This document shows, piece after piece, positions 10,236-24,268 of a DNA stretch of 38,592 bases. Numbering within the stretch: position 1 is the stretch's first letter; every line of letters begins with the position of its first letter. The translations under genes and the position numbers were made by a program. This stretch comes from Sphaeroforma arctica JP610 (lineage: Eukaryota), in contig NW_014040446.1 of NCBI RefSeq assembly GCF_001186125.1, positions 56,262 through 94,853 of the forward strand, read 5' to 3'. Under the pieces are notes generated by a model. That model made no database searches, had not been told where the DNA came from, and was given only the letters and a program-made list of their open reading frames with translations.

Positions 10236-13200
10236 AAGGTCTGCTCTTGATTCAAATGTTTCGCGCTTATTGCGCTGACGTATCGCGCCTTCTGAGAATA
10301 CTATCGTGTCTGCATCGTTATCTGTGTTAGCTAGTGGTCTATTGGCTTTTTTCGTGTCTATGGGTGTTAACTTGCCTACGACACTCCTAGTCTCAAGCTT
10401 TTCGGGAAGATTCTGGCCTATTAAGTAGAAAGTGCCGTATTTGTGTCTTCGACGGTGCGGGGTGTAAGAATGCCGTTCCCTCTGCGCGATAGATTGGAAA
10501 TTTGGCCTTTGAGTTGTTCTGTTGTTGTATAAATTGAATCAGACTTCTGATGTCCTACTGTGATAGCAGAGGTGTTGGGGGGTTTGTCTGCTCGTGTGCG
10601 GTGTGTCTTTGGTATCTGGTATTGCCTGGGGATGCATAGGTGCCTGAGGTCTGGAATTTGGTACTGTCTGGGAAACTACTGGCGTGGGAGCGTTAGTTCT
10701 TGCTTGTTGTGTAGCAGTTTTCTTGGTGGTAGCTGTTGTGGTTGTAGTTGCGTTAGTGGCAGTCGTACTTGTCTGCTGGCTGCTGAGGATTTAGGAGCAG
10801 TTATAGTGTCATAGCGACAGAGTGTGGTGTTCTCAAGTACTGGTATTGTGTTAGGATTAGTGAGAAAACTGGGTGTAGGAAAGTTACTGAACCAACCTGG
10901 CTGGGTTGTTTGTCCGGTGGCGTGTTCTGAGCTGGAGAGTAACAAACCTAAGTTTATGCGTCTTCGCCCTGTGTCATGCTCGACTAATTGAGTCTCCACG
11001 GGTGGGCTTTCTGGTTTCTGCTAACAGTTGTGTTAATAATTGGGCATTGCATAAAAGAACTGACTGCAGAACTAGTTTTGTATATATATATTATTTTGTC
11101 TGCAGGTACTACATGTAAATTAAGAAACACTTACCCACGCTAGCCCGGCATAGTGTACTCTGGCCGAGCTTCGAGAAATCGCTATTTTAAAATCCAGACT
11201 GTTTTCAACTTTTACACAACTGCGCAGTAAAGGCAGGATAAACCTATTCATATTCAAAGTGGGGCAAGATTTGGTATTTGATGGTATGCTACATCGACAC
11301 CCACACCTGTCGAAGCAATTCTCGCAGCTAGTAGATTGAATCCAAGTTTTAACTTGATACATGATTCGTAGCGTTGTGAGAGTCCCAAGTTCCAGCAGTA
11401 CGGAAATCGTGCACTTCTTTGTCCATTTACAAACCAGACCTTACCTACATTTGGAATCGAGATTTTATTGGTCTCGTATGAAACTCCATGATTTATTCAT
11501 CCTGCCTGCTGCCCAATATTGTTTTCTTTCCTCGGACACTTCACTTATTAACGGCATCATAGGAGTTGAATCCAAATTGAAAGCAACACTTTAGAACGCT
11601 ATAGTAACCGGTGTGAAATCCAAATTCTTGTTGTGAGAAGCCCGATAGTGGATTTTTAATATTTGTTTGATCTATTTAAATTTCAAACACTAAGAAAAAT
11701 CCACAAACTATAGTTAAGTACTTGTCTTCAACTTATGATTTCTACTAGACTATAAAGTTTGACATTGCCTCTACATTTACTTTCCTGTGTCTAGATTTTA
11801 CTATTGTATTCGCAGCCCACGACGCTGTAAATTACATGATAGTTCCGAATCAAATTAAGCAGCTGGGTGTTGTGCACTAATATGCAATTCTGGTTTTATC
11901 TGTAATCGGATACTATTACTTCAGTGTCGATATCGATCTCGTTAAAAATCATCTTCAATTTATTCTACCTCTTGCTGCAGAAATCCCCCGTTTTCCAATA
12001 TTGCAGTGTTGAAACAACACAAAAAGCCACACACTCTTACATTTCAAAATAATGTCGTTACGAGAGCTTGTGTCAAGCGGGTACCTGTTATATATGCCAC
12101 AGTGGCAAGCATATTTAAGAAGCAGAGATAACTTAACTTCTCAAGGTAAACTAGGTTGTAGATAACTGATTCACATTTCGGTCAGTATCTATTCTTTATT
12201 AGATTTGAGTTTCAGCTGCCCGAGACTATCTCTATAGGTGGCTTTACAAAGTGGCCTATCCATTTACTTAAACCTATCTAAAAATGAAATAGGGATTTGC
12301 ACATTTCGTTGGTATTTAGGCTGACCAACATGGACCCTTTGTTTATTGCTTTGGCCTTATTTGCCAATACTTTTTCCTCCATAAACGAAATCATGCTTAA
12401 GAATGTAGGCTGTGTCTCGCTTCGTGTATGTGACCATTGGGTAGTCTAAGGATCAGCATGAGGAAGATTTGACAATAGAATTAGAACTTATAGAGTTTGT
12501 ACCAATCTTATTTGCTGGAAAGTAGAATGGAACTGTTTATCAATTCATAGAAACTCGCCACGACTCCTAATCGGCCCAAAGTATGGACTAATATTAATCC
12601 TTTTGAGTTCTGTGGATTTCCATACGAGTCAGAATCGCACCAGTCTCGCGACATTTAGTGTTTACTATTCGTGAGCACGTGTCTTATATCAAGTGTTTAT
12701 CTTCTAATCTTATAATGGTTCGGAAGATAGGACTCAAGTGAAGTGTTCACATTATTTGTGACCTATTTGTCTAAGTATTTTAAAACCGATTTTGAAACCG
12801 ATTTAGGCTTTGATCGCGTTGCTTACAATTTCGGATGTATACTGTGCGTGCCTCGACCATCATTTGAGCACTTATGCGCCATCTCTCCTCAAATTTGCCA
12901 TATTTTGAACCAGATTAGTAATTCAGCTAGATCTCTATGGGCGGTATATCCAGGTTACGATCATAATTGTATATATACAAGCTCGTACATAATGCATTCA
13001 AATTACTACCCCCACATGCAGGTCTTTATTCTAATAGTACAAGAAGGAGTGTAGGCATACATCAGATTCATTTGCAGACGATGTCGGATGTAAGCAAATT
13101 CCTCTGAAACTGAAGAAAAAAAAGCTTGGGATAACCTTTCACGATTCCTGTACGAATAAGTAACGATGTATTTCGCTGGACACATAAGTCAGGGAAAATG

Positions 13201-14650
13201 CTAATCAGGCTACAAACCTTTGAGTTTACATTAGAAATAGATAATATTATCCTTAACTTCTGTGATGTCGCTATGTAAGGGTTTGTTGTTTCTTTGAGCT
13301 TCTGCTTAGCAACAGAGGCTTCAATTCCAGTTCATTTTGGTATCTAGAGCTGAATACATCTCACAGAGTAAACCACAACGCATAGTTTGGTTTGAGTTTT
13401 AGACGGATGATTTGTACAGACATCTCGGGCCAAATTTCCATAATAAGTGTATAATTAACCTAGTGTCTCGAAATCGATTTAAAATCGAAAATCAATATTG
13501 AAACAATACAAGTCGGTCATCTCCTGACAGCTGTCCGGTGTATTTTCGGTGCGATTCTCTGACAAAAACAGACAATGATTGAAATCTCTATCAGAATAGG
13601 ATACTATGCACGCTGCTCCACATGAATTTGAGAAGGTATCTTGACTTGAGCTTGAGCCATACACGTTGGTTCCAGTCGTATTTGAAAATATATTGGGGTG
13701 AACTCGGCAACGTTGTACCACTATTTGATGAGCTGCGGCTTGCATGTGACAAACCAATCGGGATCTTTGAGGGTCAAAGAATAAGTTGTAATTTCAAGAA
13801 CCGGTACCAGGGGTAGATCACCGTACCAATTAGCCAACTATCAATTGACTAGAACACAATAGCTTCGAATCAGGCGTTTCTGCCTTCGTAGAGGAATTTA
13901 AAACATTCTTCAACTAGCCATCCTGAGAACGATCTTGTATTGATATCTTTCCCAATCGAGGATGTAAAAAGTGGTTTGAAACACGACGCGGTTTAAACAG
14001 TGGCAATGGCAGGAGGCCCCGAAACCGATCATCGTTCATTTAACAATTCTCAGCATATTGTGGGCTATGTTTGTAGCACTATCAGTGAGGTGATCAAGGA
14101 GTCAGCGGCTTTTATAGCTGACATTGTTAGCTGGCTCAAGGGGGTCAGCTTTTTTTATTTGCTCTAGTGTCCAGATCCAATCTGACAAGATTCTAGTAAT
14201 CTAAAATTTACGCTGACATGCCTATATATAAACCAATTGTGAGGGCTGATTGGTGTCTTAAAGAGTGTTATTAATTTGATGAATACCTCAGTGAACTTTT
14301 CGATTCTGAGGATATTTCCGCGATGTCTTAATGCTGAGTCTTTCTTTTTCTCATAGACATCACTTACATAATTTACAGAACCAATATATGATATTACTCT
14401 CGCGGAAGGCTGGGATGCAGTATCCTATTATAAAATCTCTGCTCACAAAATCAGATGGAAAGTCTCAGAAATGGTTGATTAAACTAAATAGTAGCTGGTT
14501 GTTTTCGAGGTCTTCCCCTGACAACTGTGACTAACAAATATCAGTCTCTGAATATGCATTGAGAATTCAAAGATACATTGTTGTCGGCCTGTTTTCGAGC
14601 AGATGTATAGTTTTGCAGCTTCACTAGCGTCGGCTTTGTAACACATGATT

Positions 14651-17600
14651 TTATTGGTCTCCTAAACATGCACACCGTTCTCTTGCGAGTGCTCTATATT
14701 GCTCAAAGTCACGTAAACATCCAGCAGGATCGTTATCTAAATGAACTGTAGACCCATCTGCATCCTCACGGAGCTTCTCATTGTCCGCTCGTATTCTATT
14801 GCGGACCCGCTCATAATACTCCACGATATTATAGAGCATCAGCGGATTCGAACCGCAGCTAGCCGTCTGTATCGATGTGTGAATACCATGAGATTGCCAG
14901 AATCAGGGTAATGGACATCGATCTTCATTCCAGAGGAATTTGCACAGGCAAATCTTAAAAAAAAACCCACCTTCCACATGTACAGCGCCTTAGTAGGCAA
15001 CATAGCACAAATAACAGCCACCAGTTGTACATCGCTACAATTGATTTCCATACCCTTAATATTAAAGTGGAGTTGTCCCGAAGACCGGTCTGGTTCATGA
15101 GGAGTTGTTGCAAGACTTGCGGAGACTGAAAGAGAAGTACAAGCAAAAGTGGGTTGAATAGGAAATGATACTGCGTCAAAAGAGTTTAAACGGAATGCAT
15201 TCAGTTCATTGATAATAATCTGAGAATTACGAATAGGCATTCCCGTATTCCTTTCTATGGCTCTATATAAATTTAAGCTATAGAGACAAGATGCAATAGA
15301 CTAGGGGATGATTCTGACATTTACTGAGATAAAATATCCTTATATGTTATAATCGGCAAAACATGGCCATAAACAGAACAGAAGACCTCGATTTGTGCAT
15401 GGAGTTATGAATGTATTTATAACAAAGTTTTAATCACAGGTATATTTCAACAGCTGATTAATATGAAGATGTAGAGGGTGTATGCATACAATGTAATTTC
15501 AGTTAGTGGCCAAAATTAAGCATGAGGCAAAACAGCACATTTGAAAATGCTCGATTCAAGCCAGAAAAAGATTAAGACACTTACATCCTTCAGGTACAGC
15601 ATCATCTCCGCAGTCGCAAAACTGTAGCGTTCATTGCATGGCTGGTGAAGGTCTCTGTGCAGTATGCACGTGCAATACTCGACATTTTGATTGCAGTACA
15701 GCTCATTGACACGGGCTGGCGAAGCACTGCTTTGCAGGTCTAAATCAGACCCATTCAGTGTCGTACAGCCATGGCACAACGTTTGGGCATTGCTAGGGAC
15801 CCAATGCTTGCTGATTGGTGTAGTTAAAATCGTCCAGAGTACCAAGCGTGACGGTCTGCAATGTGAAGCGGAGGGCGATGGGTTGACGGAGATGGAAATG
15901 TCAGCGAGGACGAGAGATTGGCAGAGCAGGGTTTCATCAGTATGGTATTCATTTTATCGCTCTAGGATTGTAATTGCACTTTGTAGTGTACATACTAGAT
16001 GAAGCGTTCTCAACGAGTCTGGCAAAGATCAAATGTAACCTTCAAACCTGGCAGAATTTCGAACCACATACCTAATTATTTTAGACCGTAATACAGTTGT
16101 CAGTCGTTGCACCTGCACAATGTAAGTAGCAGGCAAATATTTGCATGTAAGTACCACATAATTTTAAACCGGATTGCACTTGTGCCTCATTTTGTCTCTA
16201 TTGCATTGCTTGATCCCATTTCTTATAATACGTGACTCTGTCACATATCTATCAGCAATCAGTTCGTATTCATAAGTTGTTGAACTCAACGACCGAGAAC
16301 ACTCAACAAAGCATTCATGATCAACAAAGCCTTGATACCAAAACTAAACATATAGTTTGGTGTGCAAAACACATACTCGAGCACTAGTAGAAAACCTCCG
16401 TGCATACCTGACACAGGCGTATAAGCAGGCTAGAAATCTCTGCATCGAGTTCCGGGAGTGGTGCTATACCATGGCCGACGAGCGCTCGCCTGAACTGGAA
16501 GAGCATGTGAATCATGCGTTTGCCGCTGTGTCTCCTATTCTTCGTCTGCACATGATAATAGCAATAATAAACATAAAGGAAAATGTAGGCACATACACTC
16601 CATCACATCGGATGGAGGTAGTTGAATCACATGCTAGGGTATATCCCTGAATGTACTGCAGGGGTTGTGTCAGCAGTAATGTACTTATTAAGTGCGCATA
16701 TTACCGCCAGAGCTTGAAAATGAGAAATCATGTGCTTCAAAATGTGCAAATAAAATTAAATAAGATCATATATTGAGTGATCGCTCATGTAACAGTACAT
16801 AGCTGATATTCGTATTCGTATTGTGATGCAAATATGCATGTATAATGAAGTAGTGTAGAAGGTGCCTCCTATCATGCCTCTAATCGAATGTAATACCCAG
16901 CAACTTAAAAATGAGACACTTAGAGTTGACTGTCAATATGGTGTTGATTGCGAGTTAGTTAGAGATAGTATAAACGCAAATGCTCATGTGCAAAACTATG
17001 AACAGCGGGTTTAGAATGCACCCGTTTGCAATCATAGCCATAGTGTCGAGGTTTGCCAGGCAAATGACATGCGCAGTCTACGCGGATACAACCCTTACCA
17101 ACATACTTACAAATGCCGAGCAGTACGACATATACACTGGTTGTAGAATACAGTAATCAAACTAGTAGCCTTCAAACCACCCACACAGGTCAGACAGTAC
17201 AGCTACGAGACAAGTTGCACAGTACACAAGCCTCACAGGTGAAGCGGCAGAGTACGCGGACGTACCGTGATTTTGCAAACGAGCGGTCGGAAGATATAGT
17301 CCAGCATATCCATTTGTAGCATGACCGGAATCACGCGTCGCTCAGCACGCACCTGTTGTGCTATGCTGTGCTCCAAGCTCAATGATTTATCGCACTCCAG
17401 ACCGCACCCGCCAACATGCGCCGTCGCAGGTATATGGCGTTGTGCACGTGCCTGGCTCGTGCAGATACAGGGTCTCTCATACCCACTAGCAGATGACTGG
17501 TTGTGTTTATTACCATCGTCTTTCGATTGTTCGTCTGTGTTGTCACCAGCTGTATCCCGAGCCAATCCCAGTCGCTGGCAGCACACATCGCACGTACGTC

Positions 17601-20600
17601 TCTCCTGTGACATGCCCTCTGGTAGTGCGTTGTTGTTACCTTCTGCTGTGTGCTCATCCGCACGAGCACGAGCACGTGCTGAAGCCCCCACCTTACTGCT
17701 CTCCGTTTTAATAGCACATCGCAGGCGTGTGAGGAGCATTTCAGCCGTATTTGTACCGTGACTGTCCTCTGTATACATACACTCCGTAGTGGTGGCTGTC
17801 TCTGATGTCTGAGCATCTGCGGCTGAGTCGTTCCGCATCATGTTCAGTTCGTCGCTTGTGGTGCGCGGTCGACTGCGGGATGGGCTGCGGCCAGCGGCGA
17901 CCCGGGTTGGACTCGTGCCGCTAGTTTGTAATAATTTTTGACACACAGGAAACGAGATGATTAAGTGGCTGCTCCATGCTGAAAGAAATAATGTATGTGT
18001 TGTTACAACTTTGTAGCTGCCTATACAATTCGCTACAATCAGTGGTATAGGCTGTCAGCCAGACAAGAGATAACTACCTGTGGTGCGTGGTCTCTTACCA
18101 CATACGAACAGATACGAAGTGGTCTAGGTCAGTTGTGAACAGAAAGCATTTGTGTCAAATGCAGTAATACGCAAACACCTTCTTGATGCTTTTATCTCGG
18201 TAACGTGTTTGATTACATGAAGACTTTCGGAGTATGTATATACAACACGAACACAGAACTCTCCAAGGAGAAAGCGACGCCAATAATAGCACTGGAGTGT
18301 TACCTACCTGGGCGATATAACAGGACTACTGGCATGAATAGCGGACCGCCTGTTGCGCGATACATTGGTCACCGATTGCCAGGGAAGCGCAGAGTATCCA
18401 CCTATGCATTGAAAATTAAGGCTGCGCTGAGGTGCTAGTGTATATAGTAAATCGAGAACGGGCGTTCAACATTGCAGTCGATGTATGAGATGGCTGAAGG
18501 ATAGGGGTGATGTGGAGAGTTCTTCGCGAGAGCCCTTCTAAAAAGGAAGAATATGCAAGTACTATCAATCACACATGACAGTACATCAAACGCCTTCCCC
18601 CCCGCCATATGAAGGAACAGAATACACATCAAGACGTACTTAAAATAGTGCTAGGTACCAAATATGCTTAACAGTGCTAGGTACCCAATATGCTTGTTTA
18701 TAATTACTGAACAACTCATATACACACATTGAATATAGACCAGCCTATTGCCAAGCATATGTATACGCATCGGCATATCATCCTCTCGTGAAGGCTACAG
18801 GCTGGCCTATTTCAGTACACACCTGGTGCTGGCTTGCTTGATGTAGTCAAATTGAGTCGCGAACAATACTCGTTTAACTGTTATTACTCTCCTATATGCA
18901 CACATATGTTTTTAGCGCACGTACCTGGCGCCGGTTTAGAGTACGTGACCAGGTTGAGTCTCGAGAACACTTGGTTCAACTGTTGTTGGTCTTGTCGTTG
19001 ATGTGCAGCTTCCTGCGTTTGCCATTTAGCTAGTGAAGACACAAGCAGTTCCATAAGAAGCTCACGGCGTGTTGATGACGCGATCGTTACAGGCTTGTTT
19101 GGGGATATGGTGGTGGTTGCTGAGGAATTCACGTTCACCTGTACTGCCGGCCTGGGCCTAGATGGCGAGCGAGACTTTTTTCTCTCATGGTTCGAAGTGG
19201 CAGGTGTGGTAATTGGCCCGCGTATTGGGTATGATGGCGATTTGATGTTATTGGCCATTTGCTGGTCGACTGTTTCAGCGGCAAAACAGTCTCTGGCACA
19301 ATTGATGAGCAAGCATTTAGAGTTGCTCCGTCGCAGAAGGTAGTCTACTCTCTCGGCGGCCTAAGCACATGTTGCAGTGAAATATAATATAGAATGGGAG
19401 TGATGATCCCAATAAATGTTGCCACATGTATGTGTTTGGTGCTGTTTTACCCAGGTCAATATGTGTCATTACGTTTATGTCTTGGCGTAGTCCACATGTT
19501 TGGGTTCCATCCGAATCCGACTTTCTTAAATACGTGTAACACTGAAAAGGACAAAGCACCAGATCCACAAAATAAACCCATCATTTAAAACAATCATACC
19601 TCAGCAATGCTTGCACACACTCCTTCCACACACACAGATATGCGCCACAGTCGCCCTTGCTGAGCGTCTAAGCCTATGTTGGGCTGGAATAGTGCCCACC
19701 CACCCGAGTACACTTTGTCTGGGAGTGTCTGTCCCATAGCTGCATGCGGTGGCTGGCCCTTCACCAGGGGATACACAAACTTGACTGTGTTTATGACTAA
19801 GCTGCGCGAGCTGCTCGTACTGCGAATACGTGGTGTGGAGCCCACGTTTGAGGGCCCTCGGCTGTGTAGTGCTGGGGGTAGGGTCAATTGAGAGTACGTT
19901 GAGTGAGACGTTGAGGAATGCCATAGATGCCTTAGTGTGAAGTAGTCTGATGTAAAAGGGGTAGGGTGCTAGTGCAAATACAAAAGGAGAGGGGAAAGTC
20001 GTTGGCTGAAAACAACAGTTGAGGCCAGTGGTCAATCAGATCGGTGCAGAGAGTGCACATCGTAAGCTATCAAGTGTTTGTTGGTAAAGTGAACTATTAA
20101 ACAATCGGACAGATACGCGTATGTGCATATGCACGCGCACAAGACTACCACGACGCCGGTAGAACGTAGCAAGCGGTATTCAGGTGAACCATATCGCTGT
20201 CAAAAAAAACCTAGATCCCTACTGCGATAGCCACCGAAAGTCAAATACGCCATGAGCGACACAGTATATCAAAGTGGAGAGGGCTGCCGCGGTGCTATAA
20301 TAAAGGGCTTGTATGTAGACAACGCAGAGACTACCACCTCATACCCGGATAACACCTTACAGCATAAAAATAAAACGAAACCTATCGACATTCATAAAAA
20401 GTGAAGTACCTAATCTAAAGCACTCTGCCTACTACGATGCGCAAACTTCCCCAAACTCACCCGATGGACTCCTCGAGATGGTAAGAGAGGATTTGCTGCC
20501 GCTTAAAACACTACCAGCTATGGTTTTGGTGTTCAGATCCGTTTCCGAATGCAGAATATCAAACACCGCACATGTTTTGGAGGCTTGGTGGTGCACGATG

Positions 20601-23600
20601 ATGTGATTATCGTCTGAAGTGAGTGCGAAGATTCTAGTCGTCTGCACATGACAAAGGAACAACAGGTATCAGAATATAGTTGTCAGAGGATCACATGGAT
20701 GCAGAATATATACTATCGTGTGGGGATCTTGAGTTGTGCACGAGGACTCGATTTTGTCTAACATGGTGCGAAGTGACGTGCTGTATGTGCCAAGTGGACA
20801 TAAAACGAAAACGATATATGTCTGAATTGCACATCCATGCAGGATACTGAGGACCGGATATCTGACGTGTACGGTGAAGTGGTTCAAGTGGTAATCAGAA
20901 TACGACAAATGTCCGAAATGAATATCAATACAGGATGCCAAACATCGTATACCTGACTTACAAGTTGAAGTGCTTAAGTTGATGTGGAAATTCGTACATC
21001 TTGTAAAAGTGGGAGCCGGGTCATATAATATGAGACGCGTGAGTATACGCATCATGCAGCGGAGGAGCATTGATTCAAAGATCTGACGATCCCCAATAAG
21101 ACGGATACGTACTCCTGCGAAAACACTCACAATCTGTTAACCAGACGAGCGCTGACAAAGCACGTTGTGTGGCATTTGATTTTTTACATAGTCACTTGGT
21201 GTTAAATTTGTAATGCCCCTGTACGCAGTCACAAATACTAATGAAGCAATACGCCGTGACATGCGCTCGCCAATAGCGCACATACACATACCCACACCAA
21301 GAACACCGTACATGGATGAGAAGCAAATGTTCACATGCTCAATACTTTCATCAAAGTGCAGTGTCATAGCCTAGCGCGGGTCAACGTATAACACAATTTT
21401 AAAACAATCAATCAGACGGTTAGATTCCAGTGTAAACATACATTCGCCTGAGGGGCCAGGTTCCAGTAGAGCACGTACTCCTTGAGCGCGGCCTCCTTGG
21501 TAACGCGGAACATGTCTACCTCCATGCCGTGCTGATTTCCCCGTTGCACCTGGTTGCGGACTCGTGTGACGTAAAGCTGGTCGTATACTTGGAAGATACT
21601 TATATCCCTCTCGCTGCAAATGTGTACAGAGGGCGTTCACGTTGGTAGACTGCGTGTCTACGGAGTCTAGCATTTTTCTGTATCTGTACCTTCCCGGACG
21701 GAGGATGCTATGTACTTGTTCCTCACGGGACTTGTCGGTGGTAAACACTAGAAATAAGACACTCACAGGGATGTATTAATAGCTGGTAGACCCTAATGCT
21801 GCTAAAACCAAAACCTTTCCTTAGCACATGCGACTGATATTCACTTTCGGACTCATGATTGAACATAGCTGGTATAGACACACAAACGATAAAGTATACC
21901 TCTCAGTCGATATTGCCCAGGGGTGTGACTGCACGCAGCCGTTGGATGCCCTGTAAAGACTATTGGCATTTACTGCGATTTACAATACTTGAGCAACGGA
22001 ATCTACATTAGTAGATACTTTTGAGCTGCGAATTTAGGCCACCTGACATACCTCAAGTGCTCGTGAATGCTACCGGAGGTCTGGTAACTGTTCAGGCAGT
22101 CCACCCGAGAGTGGCGTGTGACACTCCCTTCGGTCTGAAAGCTGTACGTGTGCAGCGAGGGATGCGATGCACTGCACACCACCAAGAACTGCGCCGAGTG
22201 CTGCGATCAGCCAAAAGCGATAAGACAGTAATAGTTGCGCTAAGCTGTCCTGGTTATGCACATGTATAAACGGAACAAGGCCACCAGCGATGGAATTACG
22301 AGACAAAGTACACAGAACGGTGACTATGAAGAAATATACAACAACTTTGTTTCAGTAGACACTTAAGAGCAAAGTCATTGGCATTTTAGATTGCAGAATA
22401 TCACAGTAATCTCTCATACGCCTAAAACCACATATACCTTTGCGCGCAATAAGTAATGTAGAAAAAAAAATCGGTATGGCAACTTCCGATAACTGGCAAC
22501 CCGATACATACATATGTGCTTGCCTGGCCAATGATGATATTGACCGTACCTAACATACCGAGAAGACCGACCAATCCAGTGTGAGACCATAGTACTTGAC
22601 CATTTTGGAGCTCCGGCCGTCCGCTGACAACTGTTGTGTATTATACGGATAGGTATCAGTTACATCGCACCAACACTGGGAGCGCGATAAAACTCGAAAT
22701 CATGAGCTCCGGCTACCGCATTAAATGTGAGCACTTGCCTCCCGCTCTCTAGTATTAAAATGGCATCGAAGAATGTCACGCACCAAGCTACAATAAGGAG
22801 TTAGAATCGAACGTAGATCAAGCTCAAATATAACTCCGCGGTGCTATTTCAATACTTATATTGACTGCCAAAGTAACTACAACTTGCCTTCAAGACGCAA
22901 TACATACCAACATTTGCACCATCAAAGTCAATGACAGACGAGACCACACACCTGATGAAGCTCCACCGTATTCTCGGTGATGAGCACAAAGTCTCTGGTG
23001 TGCAGCCAATAGAAACGCAGTATCTTTGAGTTCGCGTACCTACCGGCGATTGCGTGTATGGGCCCCGTATCATCATCTGGATCGAAGAAGTCAACGACAC
23101 ACATGGAACGGTGCACAGCCGCTACACGCAGGTCTTTGGACAACTTGATTGAATTAATGATTTGTGTATTCGGTAGTCTGTGGTAAGTAGGATAGAGTGA
23201 TCAGCGGAGTTGATTCTGGTATCGTTTTTGTGCGAATTTAAAACAAAGTTCACAATCTTTACCGTAATTTTAAGTGATGTGACAGGTACGGTTGAACAAA
23301 TGCACCTCTCAAAAGAGTTTCATGCCCATAACCTAAATGTTGCATATAAATGTGTACGATATGTATATAGTTAAATTTACATAATGATATATATGTGGCG
23401 ACTTTCATTTCGAATATCAATGTGAACATACAGGTAGACAACTTTGTATTTCAATTAATTGCACTCAACTTGACATATTCGTCTATGAATAGACATTTCA
23501 GTCTACAGTATTAACTCGTACGTTCGATCATGCTCTCCTTTCCTTCCCACATTCATTTTTGAGTATTGTGGCCAAAACTTCTCCGTCATTCAAGATGGCA

Positions 23601-24268
23601 CACGAAATAGTGGTTGTGTATACTTTCGCAATTGCTGATCAGTTTACTTTAAGCCAAGCTCTCAGATCTGGAGAAAGTATATTGATACATCACTCGGCCT
23701 GACTATACTAATATCAACACTAACGACTACACTCCTTGTGGTACATCATTTAGCTCAGCCAAACTTTCACCCCTTTCCCCTCTCGTTCCATAATTTGAAT
23801 AGATCATCAAACAAGTTTAATATGTTGAAGTAGTAGAGAGTAGATTGAGACAGTTTATGTATAGCGGCATGAATCACCACACGCCTCCATCATCGTGGTA
23901 AATCGAATTCACGGGCTGCAGTTGACAAATAAGCGAGTATGCAAGCTATACACAGAAACTGAACATATACGTACAATACAGCCTACTATCAAGCAGCGCT
24001 GTGCACAATGCAGTACACAATACACATACCGGAAAACAAGCTCCTCCCACTGGCGCGTAAACGACATCATGTATACCATCGCATAGGTGGCTTTCCAGCG
24101 TACCACCAACACTTGCTGCATGCCCTCATCATAGTACACAGTGGCGCTCTCATCGCTCACCGGGAACACTTTGGTATCACATGTGAATGTAACGCACGAC
24201 TGCTGTGCTATCGTAGAGTTTGGTAGTGTGTCCGTGGACACCACACGCGAGTCTATTGTATCAGTCAT
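14651..24268 (-). CDS. RMC1: Regulator of MON1-CCZ1 complex (RMC1 / Mic1 / C18orf8), multi-exon
   Basis: Spliced peptides match RMC1 colinearly: VYYDEGMQQVLVVR, SIKLSKDLRVAAVHRS, SKILRFYW..DFVLITENTVELHQ, SERDISIFQVYDQLY, FALTSDDNHIIVHHQASKTCAVFDI, VYSGGWALFQPNI..AQQGRLW, VDYLLRR, MLYNIVEYYERVRNRIR. GT-AG exons inferred: ~24268-24077, 23332-23263, 23177-22952, 22630-22559, 22200-22052, 21613-21442, 20641-20461, 19796-19600, 19360-18925, 18401-18308, 17920-17266, 16545-16408, ~15855-15585, 15125-15054, ~14988-14971, 14866-14651. The first junction and the 16408-14971 region are not fully resolved. Confidence 0.9.

Larger units (their letters stand above)
7785..11000 (-). mobile_element. Degenerate Ngaro/DIRS-type tyrosine-recombinase retrotransposon
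   Basis: Minus-strand gag-like, RT and RNase H fragments in order, followed by a possible YR fragment. The upstream boundary is approximate. Confidence 0.82.

Noticed and set aside
11120..11362. Cys-rich CENCFDRCGCRC resembling a class II viral fusion loop
   Set aside because: Short, no supporting flanking pattern, and other frames look equally protein-like.
14839..15240. Stand-alone 133-aa ORF, considered as a viral endonuclease-like protein
   Set aside because: Better explained as 3' exons and introns of RMC1; the adjacent exon matches the RMC1 C-terminus.
17321..19891. Plus-strand ORFs (17321-17761, 19095-19343, 19676-19891) and minus-strand 25310-25900
   Set aside because: Antisense shadows of real exons.
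22952..22975. Second CTGATGA hammerhead-core match
   Set aside because: Antisense to an RMC1 exon end, with no GAAA or compatible stems.
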